Translations under genes and position numbers: made by a program | The notes under the pieces: model-generated | The model's input: only the letters and a program-made list of their open reading frames with translations | Databases searched by the model: none | Told to the model about the DNA's origin: nothing | Part shown: in pieces, positions 35,208 to 47,500 of the stretch | Numbering within the stretch: the stretch's first letter is position 1 | Layout: each line of letters opens with the position of its first letter | Assembly (NCBI RefSeq): GCF_036971445.1 | Contig: NC_091469.1 | Coordinates: 5,828,001 to 5,892,000, forward strand | DNA length: 64,000 bases | From: Narcine bancroftii | Taxonomy: Eukaryota | Reading direction: 5' to 3'

Positions 35208-35326
35208 CTCCTGGGACATGGTCTGACGTCTGCCCTGCAGCAGGCGGGTGAGCTTAGCCAAACGTTCATTCTGCTGTTTCAGAAGTGAGTGAAGTTCCCT
35301 CATTGTGGCTTCTGACTGAGAGGGGT
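35208..35326 (-). CDS. RNF20: RNF20 coding exon 5
   Basis: DPSQSEATMRELHSLLKQQNERLAKLTRLLQGRRQTMSQE; phases 1 to 0. Confidence 0.88.
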
Positions 35327-35461
35327 CTGTCAAATAGGGGGGGGGGAGAAGGGGGAAAGAGGATGAACCTGTTGAGAGAGAGAGACAGGGAGGGGTGGGG
35401 GGAAGAGGGGGGCGGGGAGTAAGGGGTGGAGAGCGAAACATGGGAGCAGGGAGGGGAGCAT

Positions 35462-36160
35462 GGGGACAGGGGAGGGAAGCATGGGAGCAGGGGAGGGAAG
35501 CATGGGAGCAGGGGAGGGAAGCATGGGAGCAGGGGAGGGAAGCATGGGAGCAGGGGAGGGAAGCATGGGAGCAGGGGAGGGAAGCATGGGAGCAGGGGAG
35601 GGAAGCATGGGAGCAGGGGAGGGAAGCATGGGAGCAGGGGAGGGAAGCATGGGAGCAGGGGAGGGAAGCATGGGAGCAGGGGAGGGAAGCATGGGAGCAG
35701 GGGAGGGAAGCATGGGAGCAGGGGAGGGAAGCATGGGAGCAGGGGAGGGAAGCATGGGAGCAGGGGAGGGAAGCATGGGAGCAGGGGAGGGAAGCATGGG
35801 AGCAGGGGAGGGAAGCATGGGAGCAGGGGAGGGAAGCATGGGAGCAGGGGAGGGAAGCATGGGAGCAGGGGAGGGAAGCATGGGAGCAGGGGAGGGAAGC
35901 ATGGGAGCAGGGGAGGGAAGCATGGGAGCAGGGGAGGGAAGCATGGGAGCAGGGGAGGGAAGCATGGGAGCAGGGGAGGGAAGCATGGGAGCAGGGGAGG
36001 GAAGCATGGGAGCAGGGGAGGGAAGCATGGGAGCAGGGGAGGGAAGCATGGGAGCAGGGGAGGGAAGCATGGGAGCAGGGGAGGGAAGCATGGGAGCAGG
36101 GGAGGGAAGCATGGGAGCAGGGGAGGGAAGCATGGGAGCAGGGGAGGGAAGCATGGGAGC
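35462..36160. repeat. 21-bp minisatellite (GGGAGCAGGGGAGGGAAGCAT), ~33 copies
   Basis: Perfect tandem array. Confidence 0.97.
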
Positions 36161-36329
36161 GGGGCAGGGTGAGCAGAGAGGGTGGGAAAAGCAGAGGAGG
36201 TTGGATGGAAGGGAGAAGAGGGGAGGGCGGGATAGGGACAGAGGGATGGGGAAGGAGGATGGGCATGGGGGCTGAAGGGAGGTGGGGTGGGAGGAGGAGA
36301 GGGGGATCTTCTGTGATCCTGACACTTAC

Positions 36330-36521
36330 CCCCACTGCCCATCCGATGAGACAGCTCCTCAATGGTGGTCCGCAGCCTCTGGAACACTCTTAGGGCCGAA
36401 CTGACAGAGTCCCGGGAGGTCACCACTCGCTCCCTGAGCTGCTGCTCCATTTCTTCCCCGCTGCTGCTGGCAAGCAGGGCGAGGAAAGGCAGAGTGGTCT
36501 CACCTGGGCTGTCCCGAGGAG
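36330..36521 (-). CDS. RNF20: RNF20 coding exon 4
   Basis: ...PFLALLASSSGEEMEQQLRERVVTSRDSVSSALRVFQRLRTTIEELSHRMGSG; 192 nt. Confidence 0.9.
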
Positions 36522-36899
36522 CTGAACAGGATTGGAGGGTGGGGAGGAGTGGACAGAGACAGAATAGAGAGAGGAGTGTCGTTAGAAATGGGCATTCCCA
36601 GTGTTCCCCCTATTTCTCCCCCGTCCATCTCTCCCCTCCCTTTCTCCCTTTCTCTCCCCCTCCCACTCTCTCCCCCTCTCCCACCCTCCCTCTCCTCTGT
36701 TCCCCCCCTCCCTTCTCTGTTCCCCACCCTTTAGCTCTCCCTCCCTCCTCTCCCCCCTATTTCACTCTTCTGCAGCCCATTTCTGGGTCACTGAGGGGAG
36801 GTCAGGGAAGAGAGAAGGGATGGGTGGGGGAAAGGGGGTAGGGGGTGTGGGAGAGAGGTAGTGAGGGAGGAGGGGGGCCACCTTTATACAGCCACCCAC

Positions 36900-37041
36900 C
36901 TCGCTCCCTCTCCTCACGCCGATCCCTCTCTGGATTGTTGTCAGTTTCCATCTCAGGCTCGGCTGGATCCACTGGTCGCTTCTCCAGCAACTCCCGCTCC
37001 AGATCCCAGCGCTGCAGAACGATCCCAATGTTCTCATCGAA
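36900..37041 (-). CDS. RNF20: RNF20 coding exon 3
   Basis: FDENIGIVLQRWDLERELLEKRPVDPAEPEMETDNNPERDRREERER. Confidence 0.92.
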
Positions 37042-37324
37042 CTGACAGAAGGAAAACCAAGTATGATATAGTTGGGACGAAGCTAAGTGTCCTTCACTCT
37101 GTGTCCCACGGTGGGAGTGTGTTATTGGTTGGGTTGGAGGGGGCTTCACTCTGTGTCCCACCCTGTGATTGTGATGGGACAAGCGGGAGTGTGTGATGGA
37201 ACGGTGCAGGAGTGATGCGACTGTGTAGAGGAAGCTCATACTGTGTCCCTCCCTGGGAGTCTGTGAAGGGATGGTGTGGAAGAATCTTCACCCTATGTAT
37301 CACCCTGGGAGTGTGTGGCTATTA

Positions 37325-38985
37325 ACAACACTAGAAAATAATAATAAGCTGTTTAAGGAAAAATTTCTTACCCTACTGAGTCATGTTAAGAAGGCTTTGG
37401 CTCAATGGTCCCGCTTTCGATGTCCTTAATTGGATGTGTTAATATTATTAAGAAAATTTTATACATTTTTCAAGCTGTACCAGTTTTGGTTCCTAAATCC
37501 TTTATTAATTCTTTGGACTCTCTTATATGGAATAATAAGTTACCCTATCTTAAAAAAAACCTTCCTTCAAAATATTAAGAAAAATGGAGACTTGGCATTA
37601 CCTAATTTTAGATTTTACTACTGGGCAGCTAATATCAGATACTTTATTTTTTGGTTTAATCACAAGGTTCTTTCAGGTGCTTCAGGTTGGATTAATTTAG
37701 AAATTAAATCTACTAAAAAGTTCTCCTTTATTCCAATACTTGGAGCACTTTTACCTTTCTCTGCTTCCCGATTATCGGATAATTTTGTAGTTAGACACAT
37801 TGAGAATTTGGTTTCAATTCAGGAAACATTTTGGATACCAGAGGTTCTTATTAGTCAGTCCTATCTTAAGTAATTCTTTTGTCCTCCCTCGGTTCAAGAT
37901 ACTGGTTTTTATCAATGGTCTAACTTAGGCACCCTATCTTTCTTGAATCTTTTTATCAACCATAATCTTGCTTCTTTTGAATAACTAGCTGTTAAATTTA
38001 ATATACCTAGATATAATTTTTATCATTATTTACAGGTTAGGAATTTTTAAAAACTCTTTATCTTTGAGACCTCTTCAGGATTTGGAGTTTGATGTTATAG
38101 GGAAAATATATAATTTCAACTGGACCATAAACAGCTGATGCCTGCCCTATATGAGCTACTTTTACAATCTAAGAATAATTTATAAGGTGGAATTTAAAAT
38201 AAATATAGGAACTAGATTTCCAACAAATATTTTCTGAGACTATATGGGATTCTATTTTGAGACATATTCATTCATCATCTCATTATCGCAATTTAAAGTA
38301 GTACATTGTGCCCACTATTCCTAAACTCAATTGGTTAAATTCTATCCAAATGAGGTTCATTGTATCATATGTTTTGGCTATGTCCTTCTCTACTCAATTA
38401 TTGGAAAGGCGTATTTTGTACACTAGCTTTAGTTCTTCATATTAATTTGGCCCCATCTCCTTTTATTGCCTTGTTTAGAATATATGGGCCCATCAATCCG
38501 ATAATGAATCCTTTACAATCCCATATAGTACCTTTTGCTCTCCTGAATGCTAGAAGAACCATTCTAATGAAATAGAAAGATACTGTCCCTCCCACTCACA
38601 CAAAATGGCTGTCTGATATGATGGCTTATTTATCTTTAGAAAAAAATTAGATGTGGAACTACTGTAATGAATAAAAACTTCATTTTTTCATGGGTTCTTT
38701 TCTTAACCCAATTTGTAAGCATAATTAATTTTTGATTCTTGACCTCATTGTTTTTTTTCCCCATTATCAGATACTTTGCTAACAGCCTCTGTAGGTAGGG
38801 GAGTCAAATTCGTAGATTAGCTAGTTTATTTTTCTTTTTGCATGTATTTTTTAAAAAATGCAACATAGATTTTGTCATTAGTGATATTATTACCATTTAA
38901 ATTTTGATGATTGTTCTATTCATGTTCATTTGCCTAAGTAACATTTGCTAAATGAAATTAATAAAGATATTGAAAAAGAAAAGAA
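37325..38985 (+). mobile_element. L1-clade LINE ORF2 3' fragment (AT-rich, old)
   Basis: GDLALPNFRFYYWA, HMFWLCPSLLNYW zinc-binding region, AATAAA plus A-rich end. Confidence 0.85.
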
Positions 38986-39335
38986 CAGCAGATACAGAAA
39001 CACCAACTGCATTACGTAGGCACATCAATAACCTACAGTAATGCCAACGATTAAAGTGTTCAGTTGTATTGTATTGCTATTTTGATAGAAATTTTGATGG
39101 CATATGGGATAGTTTGGTCTCAAAACACCATTATTTTTGCAGTGTAACTGGTTGAAAACTGCCAGGCTTAATAGTGTTTGGCCCGATATTTGTTATATTT
39201 TTCTGTATGTACCCCACAGCCTAAAAAGTTTGGACCCCTTGGTATCGAGGTAGCTTCATGCTGTGTCCCCCACCCACCCCACCCCCCCCCCCCCCACCCG
39301 GGGATGAGATTGGGAGAGGAAGATTCTCCAAGTAC

Positions 39336-39503
39336 CTGGCACCAGTATCTGTTCAGGATAAGCAGTGTGGCATCGTCAGTTGCCTGCCTCTTCACCAGCT
39401 TCTCAATCTGGTCCCTGAGCTCATCTTCGATGCATTGCCTCTGGTCAATCACTTCAGAGAGCTTCCGGTTCTTAGTCTGCAGAGTACGGATGTCCAACTC
39501 CTC
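39336..39503 (-). CDS. RNF20: RNF20 coding exon 2
   Basis: [56 protein letters not shown]. Confidence 0.95.
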
Positions 39504-39573
39504 CTGTGGAAAAGGGAGAATATGAGAAGGAAAGTAAGGGGGGAAAGAGAGAGGGGTGAAGAGGAGAGTGGGG

Positions 39574-39931
39574 NNNNNNNNNNNNNNNNNNNNNNNNNNN
39601 NNNNNNNNNNNNNNNNNNNNNNNNNNNNNNNNNNNNNNNNNNNNNNNNNNNNNNNNNNNNNNNNNNNNNNNNNNNNNNNNNNNNNNNNNNNNNNNNNNNN
39701 NNNNNNNNNNNNNNNNNNNNNNNNNNNNNNNNNNNNNNNNNNNNNNNNNNNNNNNNNNNNNNNNNNNNNNNNNNNNNNNNNNNNNNNNNNNNNNNNNNNN
39801 NNNNNNNNNNNNNNNNNNNNNNNNNNNNNNNNNNNNNNNNNNNNNNNNNNNNNNNNNNNNNNNNNNNNNNNNNNNNNNNNNNNNNNNNNNNNNNNNNNNN
39901 NNNNNNNNNNNNNNNNNNNNNNNNNNNNNNN
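39574..39931. other. Assembly gap (N)
   Basis: Run of N. Confidence 1.
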
Positions 39932-40400
39932 GGAGGGGAGGGGGCGGGGAGGGGAGGGGGCGGGGAGGGGGAGCGGGCGGGGAGGGGGAGCGGGCGGGGA
40001 GGGGGAGCGGGCGGGGAGGGGGAGCGGGCGGGGAGGGGGAGCGGGCGGGGAGGGGGAGCGGGCGGGGAGGGGGAGCGGGCGGGGAGGGGGAGCGGGCGGG
40101 GAGGGGGAGCGGGCGGGGAGGGGGAGCGGGCGGGGAGGGGGAGCGGGCGGGGAGGGGGAGCGGGCGGGGAGGGGGAGCGGGCGGGGAGGGGGAGCGGGCG
40201 GGGAGGGGGAGCGGGCGGGGAGGGGGAGCGGGCGGGGAGGGGGAGCGGGCGGGGAGGGGGAGCGGGCGGGGAGGGGGAGCGGGCGGGGAGGGGGAGCGGG
40301 CGGGGAGGGGGAGCGGGCGGGGAGGGGGAGCGGGCGGGGAGGGGGAGCGGGCGGGGAGGGGGAGCGGGCGGGGAGGGGGAGCGGGCGGGGAGGTGGAGCG
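39932..40400. repeat. 17-bp G-rich minisatellite (GGGGGAGCGGGCGGGGA)
   Basis: Tandem array abutting the gap. Confidence 0.95.
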
Positions 40401-40815
40401 TGTGACTAGTGGTGTGCCTCAGGAATCAGTACAGGGATTATTGTTGTTTATAATCTATATCAATAATCTGGATGATAACATGGTAAATTGGATCAGCAAG
40501 TTTATAGATTAAAGTAAAATTGGAGATGATATGGACAGTGAAGGTTTTCAAAGCTTGCAGAGGGATCTGGTCCAGCTGGAAAAATGGGCTGAAAAACGAT
40601 AGATGGACTTTAATGCAGACAAGTGTGAGGTGTTGCATTTTGGAAGGACACACCAAGAAAGGACATATACGGTAGGACACTGAGGCGTGCAGTGGAACAG
40701 AGGGATCTGGGAATACTGATACATAATTCCCTGAAAGTGGCATCACAGGTAGATAGGGTTGCAAAGAGTGCTTTGGCATATTGGTCTTCATAAATCAAAG
40801 TTTTGGACCAGGAGC
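40400..40815 (+). mobile_element. CR1 RT fragment
   Basis: VTSGVPQESVQGLLLFIIYINNLD, FNADKCEVLHFG. Confidence 0.8.
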
Positions 40816-40870
40816 TGGGAGGAGAGGGAGCGAGAGGAGGAAGGGAGGGAGGGGAGGAGGGATAGCCCGC

Positions 40871-42682
40871 GGGGGGAGAGAGTGAGGCGAGGGGGGAGAG
40901 AGTGAGGCGAGGGGGGAGAGAGTGAGGCGAGGGGGGAGAGAGTGAGGCGAGGGGGGGAGAGAGTGAGGCGAGGGGGGAGAGAGTGAGGCGAGGGGGGAGA
41001 GAGTGAGGCGAGGGGGGAGAGAGTGAGGCGAGGGGGGAGAGAGTGAGGCGAGGGGGGAGAGAGTGAGGCGAGGGGGGAGAGAGTGAGGCGAGGGGGGAGA
41101 GAGTGAGGCGAGGGGGGAGAGAGTGAGGCGAGGGGGGAGAGAGTGAGGCGAGGGGGGAGAGAGTGAGGCGAGGGGGGAGAGAGTGAGGCGAGGGGGGAGA
41201 GAGTGAGGCGAGGGGGGAGAGAGTGAGGCGAGGGGGGAGAGAGTGAGGCGAGGGGGGAGAGAGTGAGGCGAGGGGGGAGAGAGTGAGGCGAGGGGGGAGA
41301 GAGTGAGGCGAGGGGGGAGAGAGTGAGGCGAGGGGGGAGAGAGTGAGGCGAGGGGGGAGAGAGTGAGGCGAGGGGGGAGAGAGTGAGGCGAGGGGGGAGA
41401 GAGTGAGGCGAGGGGGGAGAGAGTGAGGCGAGGGGGGAGAGAGTGAGGCGAGGGGGGAGAGAGTGAGGCGAGGGGGGAGAGAGTGAGGCGAGGGGGGAGA
41501 GAGTGAGGCGAGGGGGAGAGAGTGAGGCGAGGGGGGAGAGAGTGAGGCGAGGGGGGAGAGAGTGAGGCGAGGGGGAGAGAGTGAGGCGAGGGGGGAGAGA
41601 GTGAGGCGAGGGGGGAGAGAGTGAGGCGAGGGGGGAGAGAGTGAGGCGAGGGGGGAGAGAGTGAGGCGAGGGGGGAGAGAGTGAGGCGAGGGGGGAGAGA
41701 GTGAGGCGAGGGGGGAGAGAGTGAGGCGAGGGGGGAGAGAGTGAGGCGAGGGGGGAGAGAGTGAGGCGAGGGGGGAGAGAGTGAGGCGAGGGGGGAGAGA
41801 GTGAGGCGAGGGGGGAGAGAGTGAGGCGAGGGGGGAGAGAGTGAGGCGAGGGGGGAGAGAGTGAGGCGAGGGGGGAGAGAGTGAGGCGAGGGGGGAGAGA
41901 GTGAGGCGAGGGGGGAGAGAGTGAGGCGAGGGGGGAGAGAGTGAGGCGAGGGGGGAGAGAGTGAGGCGAGGGGGGAGAGAGTGAGGCGAGGGGGGAGAGA
42001 GTGAGGCGAGGGGGGAGAGAGTGAGGCGAGGGGGGAGAGAGTGAGGCGAGGGGGAGAGAGTGAGGCGAGGGGGGGAGAGAGTGAGGCGAGGGGGGGAGAG
42101 AGTGAGGCGAGGGGGGAGAGAGTGAGGCGAGGGGGAGAGAGTGAGGCGAGGGGGGAGAGAGTGAGGCGAGGGGGGAGAGAGTGAGGCGAGGGGGGAGAGA
42201 GTGAGGCGAGGGGGGAGAGAGTGAGGCGAGGGGGGAGAGAGTGAGGCGAGGGGGGAGAGAGTGAGGCGAGGGGGGAGAGAGTGAGGCGAGGGGGGAGAGA
42301 GTGAGGCGAGGGGGGAGAGAGTGAGGCGAGGGGGGGAGAGAGTGAGGCGAGGGGGGGTGAGAGTGAGGCGAGGGGGGTGAGAGTGAGGCGAGGGGGGGTG
42401 AGAGTGAGGAGGGGGGGGTGAGAGTGAGGCGAGGGGGGGGTGAGAGTGAGGCGAGGGGGGGGTGAGAGTGAGGCGAGGGGGGGGTGAGAGTGAGGCGAGG
42501 GGGGGGTGAGAGTGAGGCGAGGGGGGGGTGAGAGTGAGGCGAGGGGGGGGGTGAGAGTGAGGCGAGGGGGGGGTGAGAGTGAGGCGAGGGGGGGGTGAGA
42601 GTGAGGCGAGGGGGGGGTGAGAGTGAGGCGAGGGGGGGGTGAGAGTGAGGCGAGGGGGGGGTGAGAGTGAGGCGAGGGGGAG
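40871..42682. repeat. 20-bp minisatellite (GAGTGAGGCGAGGGGGGAGA), ~1.8 kb, switching to a 21-22 bp variant at the right end
   Basis: Tandem array starting ~10 bp from the donor of RNF20 coding exon 1. Confidence 0.97.
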
Positions 42683-42692
42683 AAACACTCAC

Positions 42693-42818
42693 CGTCGACG
42701 TGTCACTGCCCAATTTGATGGTCTCCACCTTTGTTCCCGAACTCCCAGATGGAGCCTCCACTCCTGGACGGTCCAGGGCTGCATCTGAGTGCAGGCGTTT
42801 CCCTCCGCAGCCCGCCAT
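42693..42818 (-). CDS. RNF20: RNF20 coding exon 1 (exon probably starts at 42949 in the 5' UTR)
   Basis: MAGCGGKR...SGTKVETIKLGSDTST|gtgagt resembles RNF20 MSGIGNKR...SGTTVETIKLGGVSST; acceptor ccctcag at 42950. Confidence 0.9.
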
Positions 42819-43114
42819 GATCCCGTGCTCTCGAGGGAATGAGTCCCAAACTCTCTGGGGACTGGGTCCCGTGCTCTCAGGTGGTCTGCGTTCCCAATGG
42901 ATTGCCCCACGCTCCCAAAAGATGGGTTCACGTTCTCAATCCCTCGACTCTGAGGGAGAGGAGAGAGGTAGTTACATCTGGTCAGGTGTGATCTTCTCCC
43001 TATCAATGTCTCCCCATTTTCGCTCCTCAATCCCTCCATCTCATCTCCCCTTCAATCCCTCCAGTCCTTCCTCTTCAACTCCCATCTCCCTCCTTTTTAA
43101 TCCCTCCATTACAA

Positions 43115-43650
43115 ACACTACAGCACAAAAATAGGCCTTTCAACCCTTCTAGACTGTGCCAGACTATTATTCAACCCCACTGACCAACACCCAGTCCATA
43201 GCCCTCCATCCCCCTACCATTCATGTACCTGTCTAAATTTTTATTGAATGTTAAAATTGAGCCTGCATTCACCATTTCAGCTGGCATCTCATTCCATATT
43301 TCTACCACTCTTTGTGTGAAGAAGTTCCCCGGAAGGTTCTCCTTTCACCCTTAACCCATATCTCATTTTCTATGTTCCAGAAAATAAAGTCCTAACCAGC
43401 TCAACCTCTCCAGCAACATCCTAGTAAATCTTCTCTGCACTCTTTCTGTCTTTCCTGTAGTTAGGTGACCAAAACTGCACACAATACTCCAATTTGGCCT
43501 CACCGATTCTTATGCAACTATCATAACATCCCAACTCCTATACTCAATACTATGATTTATGAAGGCCAATGTGTTGAAACCTGTGATGCAACTTACAGGG
43601 AATTATGTATCTGTATTCCCAAATCCCTGTTCTACCACACTACTCAGTGA
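43115..43650 (-). mobile_element. CR1 3' fragment
   Basis: Reverse-complement CR1 tail and LEYCVQFWSP region. Confidence 0.7.
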
Positions 43651-44594
43651 CCAACCGTCTCCTCCCTCCTCCTCACCCCTTCAACCCCTCTATCTCCCTC
43701 CTCATTCCCTACCAACTCCCTCCCTCAACACCTCCCATTCCCTCCCTCATTTTCTCCATCTTCCTGCCTCAAATCTCTCCACCCCCTCTTCAAATCCTCC
43801 AAATCACTCCTTCAATACCTCCATTTCCCTCCCTCATTTCTTCCATGTCCTCCCTGTCCCTCACTCCCCTCTATTCCTTACCTCTCTGCTATTCATCACC
43901 ACTCCAACCCTCCCCTCCATTACTCCCTTCCCTTCATCCCCAAACCCTCCCGCTCCATCCCCCTCCCCTATAACTGCCCCTTCCCTCCATCTCTTCTAAC
44001 CCTCCCTTTCTTCCCCCCCTATCTATCCTTCCTTCCTCCTTCCACTCTATCCCTCCTCCCCTTGATAACCCCCCTTCCTCAATCCCAGGGGTCACCACCA
44101 TGGCTCCGAGCCACATGCAGCTCTTTTAACATGAATGTGTGGATTGTGGAGGTATTTTGGCTGCATACTGTTAGTGGACATGGTCTGCAGTTATGTGATT
44201 GTGGCATGTGGTGTCGTGGGCAATGGAATTAGCAGAGTGTAAGTGCGATACAGTCCGCCCTCCCATCTGAGGTCCCGACACCCCGGCCACCCTCCCATCT
44301 AAGCTCCCAATGCCCCTGCCGCTCTCCCATCCATGGTCCTGACACCCTGGCCACCTTCCCAGCTGAGCTCCAGACAACCCGGCCTCCCTCCCATCCGAGC
44401 TCCCGGCACCCTGAACTCCCTCCCATCTGAACCCCCAGTACCCTGGCTGCCCTCCCATCCATTCTCCCGACACCCTGGCCAGTCTCCCATCCGAGATCCT
44501 GACACCCCAGCTGCTCTCCGTTCCGAGCTCCCAACGCTGCAAAATTGTATGTGTGTAATGATCGACCCCCTAAATTTTACCATAAAGGTTAGTC

Positions 44595-47500
44595 TATAGC
44601 GGGCCAAGTGGCCTCAGCGCAATGCTCTGAACTGTTACCCTGCAGGCCTGATCGCTGCTCACTCTCCTGGGTCTGGGGGGACGGGGCCATGCTGTGGGCT
44701 GGGTCACAGCGCACTGAGGAGTTGGGTACTCACCCTCAAGATGGCATGGGGCTCCCGTCGTCTTTAGTTTAAGATACGCATCCTTCAGGTGAGTTGCAGG
44801 TACGGGGTGATGCCACTTACGGTCCCAGGTATCTGGGCCGGAAAGGTTTTAAGAGGAGGCAAATTTGACTAAAGAGTCTTTGCTGACTAACACTGTGTCT
44901 GGTGAATTCATTTAGTAGCTCTACTGGAGTAATCGCTACCAATGGTGACCCCGACGGCAAGATTCAGTCAAAGCTCGAATCCACAATCAATATGGACACA
45001 ACAGCGGTTGCTCCCACAGCTGCAGTTAACGGTAGGCATTCACTTGCCCTCTTTCTGGGCCAACCAGCCTCGAGTGTGGCTGAACCAGGCTGAGACCCAG
45101 TTCCGCCTTCATGGAATAACAGCTGAGGACACAGTTTTGGCACGTCGTCGGGGCACTGGATGCCGCTACAGCGGCTAAAGTAAGTGAATTTATTGGTCAC
45201 TCCCTGGCAGAAAACCAATACATCAGGTTCTGGCAGTTCCTCCTGAACACCCTGGAATTAACCAGGCACGAACGAGGCATGCAGCTTTTTAATACGGAGA
45301 GGCTAGGCAACAGGATTCCGTTTGATTTAATGAATTGCTTTCTTTTTGAGAACTTATTCTTGACAAAGCTCCCATATAACCATTTACAACACGGAAACAG
45401 GCCATGTCGACCCTTCAAGTCCGTACCGGTTCACTTGAACAACTCCACTAGCTCCTCCACAAACTCCTGAGGAAGTAGAGGCTTTCTTCATGATGTCATT
45501 GGTGTGTATACCTACATAATAAAAGCTACCGTATATTTTTGTGTATAAGACGACTCTTGAAGCACCCAAAAAACACATCTTCTAGGCCAGATACAAAAAT
45601 GTGACCTTACCGGGTCACATCTCCATACCAATAGCAAACATGGATTTTGGCCGACCCCATGACGTGACCCGGGAGGCTGAAAGACTCTACCACACGCCAC
45701 GGCAAGAGTCTGCCCACATACAGCCCGTGTCCTCAGCAGAGGTATCTCTTGTGCTGTGCCCGTAGCTGTGGTTCAAAAAAGGGATGAACGTAATGACAGG
45801 GGCCGAGAATGGTGTTTTACCACTGCCAGTGGGGAAAAAAATGCCCGAAGATGTGTGCCCCCTTGTGGCTACTACGGCAGCAGTGGCAAGCCTGAAAAGT
45901 TGTTGGGAAACAACAAAGCCAGCTGCCAGTAGTGGCCTCGGCAGCTGTCACAAGTACTAGCCTCCTCTATCTTCACGATGATGCTTATGAGCACAAATTT
46001 TCCGTGGATGCAGGAGCTGAGCTCAGTTTACTCCCACCAACAAACTTTGAAAAGACGCATATGCGACAGGGACTTGCCCTTCAAGCTGCGAGCAGGACTT
46101 CCATCCCCAGCTTTGGCACACGACGTGTCACAATTAAGATAGGAGAAGCAGTGTTCCATTGGAATTTCATTTTGGCTTCCATCACACAGCCCATCTTGGG
46201 TGCAGATTTCCTACAAGCCCATGATCTGCTTGTGGACGTTAAGTGAAAGAAGCTAGTCAACACCACTACTTTCCTAACATACCCTTGATAAGCAGCAAAT
46301 TACAAGTCTCCTTACTCAGGGTGCACACTCTACCCACTGACACCTATGCTTCCTTGCTCAACGAATTTTCTGGTGTGCTCTCTCCTAAATTCAATTCCTC
46401 GACAACTGCCCACAGCGTGTCCCATTACATTGACACCTCGGGCCCACCAATTTATGCCAGTGCTCATCATTTCCAGCCAGATAAACGACAGCAGGCCAAG
46501 GCAGAATTCACAGTCATGGATGAATTGGGAAGCATTCCAACAGCCCTTGGGCATCACCATTTCACATGGTGCCCAAGAACACAGTGGGTGGAGACCCTGC
46601 GGTGACTACTGTAGGCTCAATGATATAACTACACCTGGCAGATACCCTATTCCGCATATACAGGAATTCGCTGTCCTTCTAAACAATTGCTGTGACTTTT
46701 CCAAGGTCGACCTCGTGAAGGGATAACATTAAATCCAAATCTTTCCAGATGACATTCCCAAAACAGCAATTATTACTCCTTTCAGGCTTTTTGAATTAAT
46801 CAGGATGCCATTTGGTTTGAAGAATGCTGCTCAAATGTTCCAGCAGCTTATGGACACTTTGGGCAGGGATTTAGAATTCACATACATAGATGATATGCTC
46901 ATCGCCAGTCAAAATGAGCAAGATCACCAACTGCACTTATGCCACCCGTTCCAATGGCTAGATGAATTCGGAATTACCGTCAACCTAGCAAATGCCAGTT
47001 TGGCAGAATGACCATCCATTTCCTAGGGCACAAGATCACAGCAGAAGGTGTGTTTCCCTTACCCACCGAAGTGGACACCATATGTGCTTTCCCGAAACCT
47101 ACCACAGTTAAAGGAGTGCAGAAATTTTTGGGCATGATGAATTTCTATCACCGTTTCATTCCAGCAGCCACTGACATTTTTGGCCCACTATTTCAACTCC
47201 TCACCACAAAGTGCAAAGAAGATACTTATACTGCAGAGGCAGAGTTTGTGTTCACAGCCATCAAAGACGCTCTGGACAACACAGCAATGCTCGCACATCC
47301 TAATCCCACCGCTGCCCAGGCACTTACCACAGACCCCTCTGATACAGCAGTGTGTGCGGTTCTTGAACAGTCCGTCAATGGCCACTGGCAACCCCTGGCT
47401 TTCTTTAGCTAACACCTACAGCCTTCAGAAATGAAGTAGAGCGCATTTGATCGAGAGCTGTTGAACACACACTTCCAATATGTTTGGAGGGTTCCCATTT

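Noticed and set aside
35199-36450. Six-frame 7-aa repeat proteins (CSHASLP, EQGREAW etc.)
   Set aside because: They are translations of a 21-bp intronic minisatellite between two RNF20 exons.
40610-42692. 676-692 aa Pro/Ser-rich ORFs
   Set aside because: These are read-through from RNF20 coding exon 1 into a 20-bp minisatellite; a consensus donor lies at 42692.
14560-42818. Calling the gene RNF40, or calling it a pseudogene
   Set aside because: [22 protein letters not shown] and SKGYKVYG are RNF20-type. The lesions fall in homopolymers or a garbled duplication while all exons remain conserved.
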